From an uncultured Gammaproteobacteria bacterium (GTDB taxonomy: Bacteria > Patescibacteriota > Patescibacteriia > CAZSQN01): 63,619 nt of DNA. The DNA lies in contig CAZSQN010000004.1 of NCBI GenBank assembly GCA_964609095.1, forward strand, positions 14,663-78,281. The letters run 5' to 3'. Both the position numbers and the translations under genes were made by a program. The notes below the pieces were generated by a model. That model had not been told where the DNA came from, ran no database searches, and was given only the letters and a program-made list of their open reading frames with translations. Shown in pieces: positions 36,616 to 44,335 of the stretch; within the stretch, counting starts at the first letter, position 1, and each line of letters begins with the position of its first letter.

Positions 36616-38835
36616 TTATAGGGGGTTTTCTTCATCCTGCTCATTATTTTCCGGTTCGTCAACCATTTCCATTTCCGCCGGGCGCGCGACTAAAATTTCT
36701 CTTGGCTTTGCTCCGTCGCCCGGGCCGATGATACAGTGCTCTTCCATAATATCCAAGAGGCGCGCGGCCCGCGCGTAGCCGACTTTGAGCCGCCGCTGAA
36801 GAAGCGAGGCCGAGGCCTTGCCGGCCATAATAACCAGCGACTGCGCCTCGGGCAAAAGCGGGTCGCCATCGGAGAGGTTTTCTTCAAAAGCGGTAAAGCT
36901 TCTTTGCTGTTTTTCGGTAATGTCTTGATTGTATTCCGGAGCTCCCTGCGTCTTCCAGAATTCCACGACTTTGCTTATTTCATCATCAGCCACATAAGCT
37001 CCTTGCAGCCGTTTTGGTTTGGAGAGTTCGGCGGAAAGGTAAAGCATGTCGCCGCGGCCCAGGAGCTTGTCCGCGCCGGAGGTATCAAGAATCGTGCGCG
37101 AGTCGGTTTGCGAAGCAACGGCAAAAGCAATGCGCGAAGTGATGTTGGCCTTGATAAGGCCGGTGATAATGTCAACGGATGGCCGCTGGGTGGCGAGGAT
37201 GAGATGGATGCCCACGGCGCGGGACATTTGCGCGAGGCGAATAATGGAGCCCTCCACTTCGGACGCCGCCGCCACCATTAGGTCTGCCAGTTCGTCTATG
37301 ACGATAACAAGATACGGCATTGGCTCCTCGGCCGCGTGATTGTAAGAAAGAATGTCGCGCGCCCCGGCTCGCTGAAGCAGGTCAAAGCGGTGGTCCATTT
37401 CGGAGATCGCCCATTTTAAGGCATTAACTGTTTTAGGCACTTCGGTTATCACCGGCGTTATCAAATGAGGAATGTCATTGTAATTGGTAAGTTCCACCCG
37501 TTTGGGGTCAACTAAAATCAGCTTTAGGGTGTCCGGCCCGTTTTCGTAAAGCAGGGACATGATAATGGCGTTAAGAGAAACAGTTTTCCCGGAACCGGTC
37601 GCGCCGGCAACAAGCAGGTGCGGCATTCGGCCGAGGTCGGCAAGCCAAGGATGGCCGGCAACATCTTTGCCCAAAGCCACCATCAGCGAATTTTTCCTCT
37701 CTCGAAACGCCGGCGCTTCCAGCAGTTCGCGCAGTCCCACCGTGGCGATGGTATGGTTAGGCACTTCAATGCCGACCAATGATTTTCCCGGAATCGGCGC
37801 CTCTATCCTTATGGGATGCGCCGCGAGCGCCAGCGCCAGGTCGTTGGAAAGCCCGGTGATGCGCGCGAGCTTGATGCCTTCGGCTGGCTTTAAGGTGTAT
37901 TGCGTGACGGTCGGACCGACAGACACATCGCCCATCTCAACGCTGATGCCGAAATTTTCCAGGGTTTTTCTGATTCTCTCCATGGCCGCGTCAATGTCTC
38001 CGGCCGAGGGTTTGTTTTTTCGCTCGTGCAGGAATTCAAGCGGAACACTGACCGGCAGCCGTTTTGTTTTTTGCGGAGCCGGGCTTGCCGTTGGCCTGCC
38101 CGGCCCGGCTAATACGTTTGTTTTGGCCTGCGGAGCCCGTTCGGTTCTCTCGCCAAGAGAGCGAAAAGAAAAATCCTGATGCCGCTGAAGCTCGTCCGTT
38201 TCCATCCGCGGATATTTTTTAAAAATAAAAGCAAACGAACGGAGCATTTTGAAAATGGACCGCGGAAGCGCCATGAGAACGGAGAAATTTTTAAGCGAAA
38301 GGGAAAAAGTAAGAAAGAGTCCGGCGCAGAGCAGGGTGATAATAACAAGCAAAGCCGCCCAATAGCCCATAATCTTGACCATGGGATAAGCGGTAAGGAT
38401 GCCGAGGTATCCGCCGCCGTCGCCCAGCACGCCCTCCAAGGGATTTGCCTTTTTTTCAATCAGATGAATGGTCCCGTTAACTGACAAAAATAAAATCGCC
38501 AAACCAATCTTACCCTGCGCCCTAGTGGTGATTTTTTCCGGAATGGCGATAATGCCGGAGAGAAGCAGGAAAAAGAGCGGAGTGGCGGCGCGGGTGCGGC
38601 CAAAAAGCGCGGCCGTGGCCTCGTTCCAGATTTCTCCGGCATCTCCGGCAAGCCCCAAGAGCGCGAGCAGGGAAAAGGCGGCGGCGGCAAAAAGAAAAAT
38701 AACGGCAATGCCGCGGCGGGTTTCTCCCGGAACGTTATTCCAGACGCTTTCTCTTTGCCGATGGCGGCCTCCTCCGTCGCGAAAGTTTCGGAGAGCCGGC
38801 CTTTTTTCTCTGGTTTGGAATCTGCGGTTCCTCAT
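36616..38835 (-). CDS. ftsK: DNA translocase FtsK
   Basis: 739 aa. N-terminal TM helices, HLLVAGATGSGKTVSLN Walker A, and a C-terminal winged-helix gamma-like domain. Confidence 0.92.
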   Translation of the reverse strand: MRNRRFQTREKRPALRNFRDGGGRHRQRESVWNNVPGETRRGIAVIFLFAAAAFSLLALLGLAGDAGEIWNEATAALFGRTRAATPLFFLLLSGIIAIPEKITTRAQGKIGLAILFLSVNGTIHLIEKKANPLEGVLGDGGGYLGILTAYPMVKIMGYWAALLVIITLLCAGLFLTFSLSLKNFSVLMALPRSIFKMLRSFAFIFKKYPRMETDELQRHQDFSFRSLGERTERAPQAKTNVLAGPGRPTASPAPQKTKRLPVSVPLEFLHERKNKPSAGDIDAAMERIRKTLENFGISVEMGDVSVGPTVTQYTLKPAEGIKLARITGLSNDLALALAAHPIRIEAPIPGKSLVGIEVPNHTIATVGLRELLEAPAFRERKNSLMVALGKDVAGHPWLADLGRMPHLLVAGATGSGKTVSLNAIIMSLLYENGPDTLKLILVDPKRVELTNYNDIPHLITPVITEVPKTVNALKWAISEMDHRFDLLQRAGARDILSYNHAAEEPMPYLVIVIDELADLMVAAASEVEGSIIRLAQMSRAVGIHLILATQRPSVDIITGLIKANITSRIAFAVASQTDSRTILDTSGADKLLGRGDMLYLSAELSKPKRLQGAYVADDEISKVVEFWKTQGAPEYNQDITEKQQRSFTAFEENLSDGDPLLPEAQSLVIMAGKASASLLQRRLKVGYARAARLLDIMEEHCIIGPGDGAKPREILVARPAEMEMVDEPENNEQDEENPL

Positions 38836-38896
38836 AAATCTTTTCTATTTTAACATAAAAAAAACCTCGGCGCCAGCCTAGCCCGGTTAAAATTCA

Positions 38897-39055
38897 TCCC
38901 AAAAGGGCTGCAAAGGAAGCACCAACGATTATTGCGGTTTTGAACCAGCTGCGCTTTTTCTGCGGAGCTTTGCTCCGCGAGACCCCGACCGTAATCGGAG
39001 AATAGGCGCGCTGGTTTTTGCCGCAAACGTTATGCTCCTCCGCAGCCCTTTGGGG
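38897..39055. ncRNA. Candidate structured RNA / long rod-like imperfect hairpin (strand unknown)
   Basis: cccaaaagggctgc pairs with gcagccctttgggg. Inner helices are aacg/cgtt, ttgcgg/ccgcaa, aaccagc/gctggtt and gcgc/gcgc, with an apex of two small hairpins. No ORF. Confidence 0.3.
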
Positions 39056-39073
39056 ACACAACTTAATTATATA

Positions 39074-39255
39074 ACTGATATTAGGTTTATGAAAAATTGT
39101 TTATAAATTTAGTCGAAAATTTAGGTTTAAATCCTGCTAATTATTTGTCATTCCCGCCCCCGGTCGCAGCCGAGGGCAAGCTCCAGCGGGAATCTACGGG
39201 TTCAAATTCTGGATTCCCGCTTTCGCGGGAATGACATGAGAAACCTAATATGAGT
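39074..39255. repeat. ~185-bp TIR/hairpin element, copy 2 (arms inverted relative to copies 1 and 3)
   Basis: tgatattaggttt ... aaacctaatatga. Core at 39147-39235. Confidence 0.85.
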
Positions 39256-39280
39256 TCATATTTAAAAATTAGAGAAATAG

Positions 39281-39328
39281 AAAAGCCCCCACACCGGTTC
39301 CGCCTTTGGCGGATTGGTATGGGGGCTT
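39281..39328 (-). terminator. Terminator hairpin ending the GC-rich module
   Basis: aagccccca...tgggggctt stem followed by a T-run on the minus strand, just downstream of the stop at 39351. Confidence 0.55.
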
Positions 39329-39350
39329 GTTGCGGGAGAGCGGGTCGGCC

Positions 39351-39494
39351 TTACTTCCAGAGCTCGGCGTGGTCCCCCTTGTGGCGGACCTCATAGCCCT
39401 TGGCCTCGGCGTCGGCGATCGCCTGCTTCTCGTTCAGGCCGCCTCCGAAGACGATGACTCCGACCCTCTTCGGCTCCTTCTTCTTCTCGGCCAT
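39351..39494 (-). CDS. GC-rich module ORF 1 (47 aa), unknown
   Basis: MAEKKKEPKRVGVIVFGGGLNEKQAIADAEAKGYEVRHKGDHAELWK. AAAGGAGAAG SD 5 nt upstream. The longer track ORF is an Arg/Gln-rich out-of-frame extension. Confidence 0.55.
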   Translation of the reverse strand: MAEKKKEPKRVGVIVFGGGLNEKQAIADAEAKGYEVRHKGDHAELWK

Positions 39495-39508
39495 CTTTCT
39501 TCTCCTTT

Positions 39509-39766
39509 CTAGATGTTGGCCTGCTTGTTGAGGCGGTTGATGTGGCTGCGGATTCTCATCACGCGTTCGGGGTGGCCGGTGAGGTCTCCCCTGCGGCCGA
39601 GCTTCTTGAACTTGCGTTCGGCGCGGTTCGCCTCCGTGAGGAGGTTGCGCCGCTTGTTCGCTCGGCGCGTCGTCTCGCTGTACCTGCTCGGGCCGCGGAC
39701 CTTGACCTTCTCGCCGTCGCCCTTCTTCTTGCCTCCGCCGCCCTGTCCTCTGTTCCTCTGTCCCAT
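39509..39766 (-). CDS. GC-rich module ORF 2 (85 aa), very basic, unknown
   Basis: MGQRNRGQGGGGKKKGDGEK...KFKKLGRRGDLTGHPERVMRIRSHINRLNKQANI. GGGAG SD upstream. The stop is 14 nt before ORF 1. Confidence 0.6.
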   Translation of the reverse strand: MGQRNRGQGGGGKKKGDGEKVKVRGPSRYSETTRRANKRRNLLTEANRAERKFKKLGRRGDLTGHPERVMRIRSHINRLNKQANI

Positions 39767-40125
39767 GTCTTTGTCTCCCTTCTTTGCTGGTTGATTGTTG
39801 TCCCGACATGAAGTCGGGATCCCGACCGAAGTGTCGGGAAAAGATCCATGTTCCAGACCCGTCCCGCAGAATTGCAGGACAGATTCAGAATAAGGATGGG
39901 GAGTAGTAGAGCAGAGCTCACTACTCCCCGAGGGAAGGAGGCGCTATTTTTGTTTGCGTCCCCTCCCCGGTAGAGCTGATTTCGGCTCGAGGACGCTCAA
40001 GCACCTCGCCGTCTTTTTAGTATGTGCTCCCGATCGCGGTATAGACGGAAACTCCCGCGTCGGGTTTATCTGATCGAACATTTCTTGCCTTTCTCGGCCA
40101 TCTCACAAGAGAAAGCCGCCAGGGG

Positions 40126-40533
40126 TTAGAAGTCGCTCATGATCTCGTGCGTAGAGTCCGACCAGGAGAGAACTTCGTCGGAGGCAAGAAGATGGTCTTG
40201 CCACTCCTCCGCGATCTCACGCTCTTGCCGTACCGCTTCGGGTTCGTAAAGTTCGATATCGTTGCCAATTCGAATTACGAGTGTCAGCTGCGGGATTTCG
40301 AAGTCAGAAGAGGCAAGCCGCATGAACGGACGCATATTTCGCATGCGCCTAGTGCGCTCGGCCTTGGCACGCTTCTTTTCGGCTCGACGCAGAAGGTGCA
40401 AGACGCGCCTCTGCATGCGACTGGTGCCCCAGACGAGCTTTACCGCCTGACTTGAAGTGAGTGTCCTCTTACTGCTCGCGGTGCAACACACCTCTTCGTA
40501 GATTTGAAACGCTTGATTTTCCGAGAGTCGCAT
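40126..40533 (-). CDS. GC-rich module ORF 3 (135 aa), unknown
   Basis: Single long ORF with balanced composition, preceded by the conserved box at 40563-40579. Confidence 0.55.
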   Translation of the reverse strand: MRLSENQAFQIYEEVCCTASSKRTLTSSQAVKLVWGTSRMQRRVLHLLRRAEKKRAKAERTRRMRNMRPFMRLASSDFEIPQLTLVIRIGNDIELYEPEAVRQEREIAEEWQDHLLASDEVLSWSDSTHEIMSDF

Positions 40534-40562
40534 TATTGGCCCTTTCTTTGTTTGGCCATTTT

Positions 40563-40610
40563 TTGAATGTCCGTCTTAACGCGCGAATTTTTGCTCGTGC
40601 GTTCAGATGG
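40563..40610 (-). promoter_or_regulatory. Conserved upstream box pair (copy B)
   Basis: ttgaatgtccgtcttaa (40563-40579) and ttcagatgg (40602-40610) recur at 43531-43547 and 43576-43584. Both lie between a terminator hairpin and the next start codon. Confidence 0.45.
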
Positions 40611-40720
40611 AAGCCCCTCTGTGAGAACCACAGAGGGGCAAAGGAACTAGGTGGGAACACCCACCCGTCGCCCAAGGAAACGAAATTGCAAGCAATTTCG
40701 TGACCACGGGTCGGGGCAGG

Positions 40721-41713
40721 CTACTTCTTGAGCGAGTCGGCCTTGGCGGCCGCCGCGATGAGGAGACCGACCCTGAGCGGCTGGCGCTCGGGTTCGGGCT
40801 CGGGAGGCGGCACGAAGTCGTCCGTCTCCTCCGAGAGCCCGGCCGCGAGGGCGAGTCCCTCGTCGACCGCCTCGCGTTCGCTCGGGACATCCTCGTGCTT
40901 GGTCGGGGGAGCGGAACGCTCGGGCTTGTCCTTGGGCTTGGAACCCTTGGGCTTGCCGTTGTTCCGCTGGGGCGCCGGGGCCGTCTCGGGAGCGAGGTAC
41001 TTGGCGTAGCGGTTCCTGGCGGACTGCCTGGCCGTATCCTCGGCGGCCTGGCGGCCCATCTCGCTCGCCTTGCGCTGGGCGCTGACCAGGTCACCCTTCT
41101 GGAGGTACAACCCCCGGAAGAGCTCCTTGTTCTTGCCCTGCGCGCGCAGATACGCGGTGGCGTCCTTCTCCGGAACCGAGCCGATGATCTGGCCGTTCCG
41201 GATGAGGAACCAGTTCGCGCCCTTGGCGTCGGTGGGGCCGACGCAGCCGAGCTCCTGACCTTCGGTGAGCTCCGCCTCGTTCTTGGCGAACGAAACGAAG
41301 AAGTCCTCCACCGTGCGCCGGCGCTCGTTTTCGGAGATGAGGCGAGCGAGGTGTTCGATGTTCTGCTGGAGCGGGAAGCTCCTGAACTCGAGCCTCTCGA
41401 GACCCTTGACCTCCTCGCTGTTCGCGCGTTCGTGCTGGAAGCAGAGCACCCTCCGCTCCAGCACCTCGCGCCGCTGCGTCTCCTCGCCGCGGTAGTTGAC
41501 CACCGGGGCGAAGCGAGACACCTCGACCATGTACAGCGCCGAGATGATCTTGCCGCTCTTGAGCTGGATCTTGTCGCCGGCCTTGGCGACTCGCGTGCAC
41601 TTGAGGCCTTCCTCACAGTACTCGCAGTGAAAGACGTGCTCCTTCCACGTCTCCGGGTCGCGCGGGTTGATGCCCTCGAGCGCCTTGGTGATGTTCTTCT
41701 CGTTCTGGTCCAT
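40721..41713 (-). CDS. GC-rich module ORF 4 (330 aa), unknown; disordered Pro/Lys/Glu-rich C-terminal third
   Basis: Starts MDQNEKNITKALEG after gaaaggaaataaaa. This frame has a protein-like composition, whereas the other long overlapping frames are Arg/Ser- or Leu/Gly/Arg-rich. Confidence 0.7.
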   Translation of the reverse strand: MDQNEKNITKALEGINPRDPETWKEHVFHCEYCEEGLKCTRVAKAGDKIQLKSGKIISALYMVEVSRFAPVVNYRGEETQRREVLERRVLCFQHERANSEEVKGLERLEFRSFPLQQNIEHLARLISENERRRTVEDFFVSFAKNEAELTEGQELGCVGPTDAKGANWFLIRNGQIIGSVPEKDATAYLRAQGKNKELFRGLYLQKGDLVSAQRKASEMGRQAAEDTARQSARNRYAKYLAPETAPAPQRNNGKPKGSKPKDKPERSAPPTKHEDVPSEREAVDEGLALAAGLSEETDDFVPPPEPEPERQPLRVGLLIAAAAKADSLKK

Positions 41714-42147
41714 TTTTATTTCCTTTCGTTCTGTTTTCGGTTGACTTGCCAGAGCACCATGCCCGGGCAAAATTTCCCGCCAAGTCAAAGAGCATGCCTC
41801 TCTCCGCAATGGAGAGGGGCTCGCGTGAAGCAACAATTTAGAAAGAACAATGCATCCTATTATCTATCAATTCATCCGATAGCTAGTGATACTGTCTGAT
41901 TCAGAAGTTGTCGCCTCGCGTGAAATTTTTTTTTGTTCCAGCAGATTTCATATCTGAAGGGAGAATTTGGGCGCTAAGTGTTGTAAAAGGAACACTATAA
42001 TTTGCCCCTCCTGCCCTCCAGGTATGAAATCTGCAGTTCTTTTACTTTGTAATGTCCGATCTCATTTCAGATGACAATTTTGATTCATCATTTCAAATGA
42101 AATCCTATTTATGAGCCCAATAGGAAGGGATTGAAAGAGCGGGCGAG

Positions 42148-42537
42148 TTAATCGATCTCGTCGAAGTCGGGATCGGAGTCGGAAGGGACCGGCTGCTCCT
42201 GCGCGCCCGGGTCCGTCTCGTCGTGGAGCTCGAGCTCGGTGGGGACCTCGGCGGCGGCCTCGGCTCGCGCCATCTCGTGGTTCGGGCAGTCCGGGTTGCC
42301 GCAGTCCGGCAGTTCGCCGCCGAGCAGCTGCTCGATCGCGTCGTCTCGGACCCCCGCGGCGATCTCGTTTCTGACATCGGTGAGACCCGCGATGATCTCG
42401 TCCAGCGTGGAGAGCGTGGAGATCGGCCCATGGGGAACGGCCTCGGACACCATCTCCTCGCCTTGGCGCATCAAGCCGACCAATGCTTGGGTGATTTCCT
42501 TGATGACCTGGTCCTCGGCGGTCTTCTGCTCGTCCAT
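42148..42537 (-). CDS. GC-rich module ORF 5 (129 aa), strongly acidic, unknown
   Basis: Starts MDEQKTAEDQVIKE after an AAAGGAGAAG SD. Has a CGNPDC motif and ends DPDFDEID. Confidence 0.6.
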   Translation of the reverse strand: MDEQKTAEDQVIKEITQALVGLMRQGEEMVSEAVPHGPISTLSTLDEIIAGLTDVRNEIAAGVRDDAIEQLLGGELPDCGNPDCPNHEMARAEAAAEVPTELELHDETDPGAQEQPVPSDSDPDFDEID

Positions 42538-43206
42538 CTCTCTTCTCCTTTTCAAAGGTCTTGAACCAATAGTCGCGCGCCTTATTGCCCGCAACCTCGA
42601 TTCAATAAATTTGGAGGCGAATTGCTGTTCTGCAAAATGCGGAACAGTTTTTAACATCGCTTCGCGGATAGAATCAGTATCACCCCGCACTTTTTCCATT
42701 GATATTTTTGTTTTTAGTACGGCAGAAGGCGAAGTTGACTTCGTCTGCGTCTGTACAATAAAAAGTTAAATATCCTTAGAAAAAGTGCGGGGTAAACCGG
42801 TTTTATCTGCCTTTGATGCCGTCCCAAGCCCCTCCAATTTTGGATTTAACTTGGGTCTCCCCTCCATACTTATTGTTACGAATCATGAAGCTTGTCCCGC
42901 CGCTTCTTTAATTTAAAACGGAATAGGCGGGATCCCGCCGTGGCGGGAAATCATGAATCATGGATGTTGAATTTTTTATGAACTTTTCAGTATAGGGCAG
43001 AAACTTAAAAAAGTCAAGCTCCCGCCCTTTTCTCAAAACACCTTCTTGAATGAAGCTGTTTTCAGAAAACTTGCTCGGATTCCAGCCTTACCGAGCATGG
43101 CTACTCCGTTAATAGCCCAACGGAGTCAAAAGGATTCTTCGTAGTTGTAGGAACTAACGTTTACGCCGAAACCCCATCGTGTCCTCCTTGTTTGGCATTT
43201 GCCGAG

Positions 43207-43506
43207 CTACTTGCCGTCCGGCCGAGTGAACTCGTCCATGATGGCGTACTCGGCTGCTCCCTGACCGTTGTCGCGGTCGTAGAGGCGCATGTCGAGCGCG
43301 TCGCTCGTGATGTCCACCTTCATGACCCTGCCCTTGAGGTAGTCGAAGTAGATGCGCCGACCCTTCTGGAACGAGTCCAGAATCTTCTGTGCTTCTTCCA
43401 CGGTCATTGGGGTGGGGTCGAAGTGTAGGAACCCCACGCCCTGACAGCGCGCCCGGTTGTAGAGCGCCATGAGCACGCGCGCCTTGTCCATTCCCGCGAT
43501 ATTCAT
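43207..43506 (-). CDS. GC-rich module ORF 6 (99 aa), unknown globular protein
   Basis: Starts MNIAGMDKARVLMALYNRARCQGVGFLHFDP after an AAAGGAGAA SD. Confidence 0.65.
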   Translation of the reverse strand: MNIAGMDKARVLMALYNRARCQGVGFLHFDPTPMTVEEAQKILDSFQKGRRIYFDYLKGRVMKVDITSDALDMRLYDRDNGQGAAEYAIMDEFTRPDGK

Positions 43507-43530
43507 GAGTTTCTCCTTTGTCAGTTGTTG

Positions 43531-43584
43531 TTGAATGTCCGTCTTAATTTCCCTCCGTAGAATTGCGGAGAGAGATTCAGATGG
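43531..43584 (-). promoter_or_regulatory. Conserved upstream box pair (copy A)
   Basis: Same ttgaatgtccgtcttaa and ttcagatgg boxes as at 40563-40610. Preceded on the minus strand by the hairpin cccgaatgagttcttcattcggg. Confidence 0.45.
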
Positions 43585-43623
43585 GAACCCGAATGAAGAA
43601 CTCATTCGGGTGAAAGGGGCTGG

Positions 43624-43890
43624 CTACTGATCCATGTCGGTGAACTCGGCGAGGAGCCGGTTCAGTCGAGCGACACCGGGGTCCGAAAGCCGCGAGATGC
43701 GGTCCCCGTCCCGGAACCATCGGCCGGTGACCTCATCCTCGTCGCGGAGGCGGGCGACCTCGTTCTCGAGTTCGTTGCCGGCGAACGCATTGAGCGAGAT
43801 CATGACCGGAACGATGTCCGGCTCCGTGACCTCGTCATCGATGTCGGGGACGAGCCCGAGCTTCCGGGCCAACATCGTGTGAAAGAGCAT
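43624..43890 (-). CDS. GC-rich module ORF 7 (88 aa), acidic, unknown
   Basis: Starts MLFHTMLARKLG after gaaaggaaaaaag. An alternative start at 43941 is possible. Confidence 0.5.
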   Translation of the reverse strand: MLFHTMLARKLGLVPDIDDEVTEPDIVPVMISLNAFAGNELENEVARLRDEDEVTGRWFRDGDRISRLSDPGVARLNRLLAEFTDMDQ

Positions 43891-44078
43891 CTTTTTTCCT
43901 TTCTGTTGTGCTTTTGGGCCGCGGATTATTTTTTTATCCACAGCTTATTGTAGCCATACTATAACACATATCTAAAATCCTGTCAAGTGTTTTGGGTCAG
44001 TTTCCTATATTTTTGGCCTGTTTTAGCCATTTTATAGCGTCAGAAATGGACAACAAATGGCATTTTTTAAGAATGAAT

Positions 44079-44216
44079 TCATATTAGGTTTTTCATGTCA
44101 TTCCCGCCCCCGGTCGCAGCCGAGGGCAAGCTCCAGCGGGAATCTACGGGTTCAAATTCTGGATTCCCGCTTTCGCGGGAATGACAAATAATTGGCAGAA
44201 TTTAAACCTGTATTTA
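44079..44216. repeat. ~185-bp TIR/hairpin element, copy 3 (long arm truncated)
   Basis: tcatattaggttt. Core 44097-44185 is identical in plus-strand orientation to the copy 2 core, but the arms are in the opposite order and orientation. Confidence 0.85.
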
Positions 44217-44335
44217 GAAAACCTGCCCGAATCCAGCAATGCTGCGGGATTCGGGCAGGATGTCGGCATTGAGGCGGCAAAAAACAAAACCCCGATTGTG
44301 GTCGGGGTTAAAAAAGATCAAAACTTTCTAAAAAA

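Noticed and set aside
38897-39055. SRP (4.5S) RNA, RNase P RNA or tmRNA identity for the rod-like structure
   Set aside because: I could not find the GGAA-capped helix 8 with the AGCAGCC-type motif in the right place, the GAGGAAAGUCC P4 motif, or a tRNA-like CCA end. It is left as an unclassified candidate.
40603-41899. Several very long overlapping ORFs in other frames and on the opposite strand of the GC-rich module (337 aa at 40603-41616 minus; 399 aa at 40700-41899 plus; 169 aa at 41091-41600 minus)
   Set aside because: Their translations are dominated by Arg/Ser/Pro/Ala or Leu/Gly/Arg/Val, as expected for off-frame and antisense readings of a GC3-rich gene with few stop codons. Only the 40721-41713 frame has a protein-like composition and an SD-preceded ATG.
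39256-44078. Integrated ssDNA phage (microvirus/inovirus-like) as the explicit identity of the 4.8-kb module
   Set aside because: The size and hairpin-bearing ends are suggestive. However, I see no large capsid-like ORF, no Rep/HUH motif, no Zot-type P-loop ATPase and no small hydrophobic coat protein. It is kept only as one speculative possibility under the main finding.
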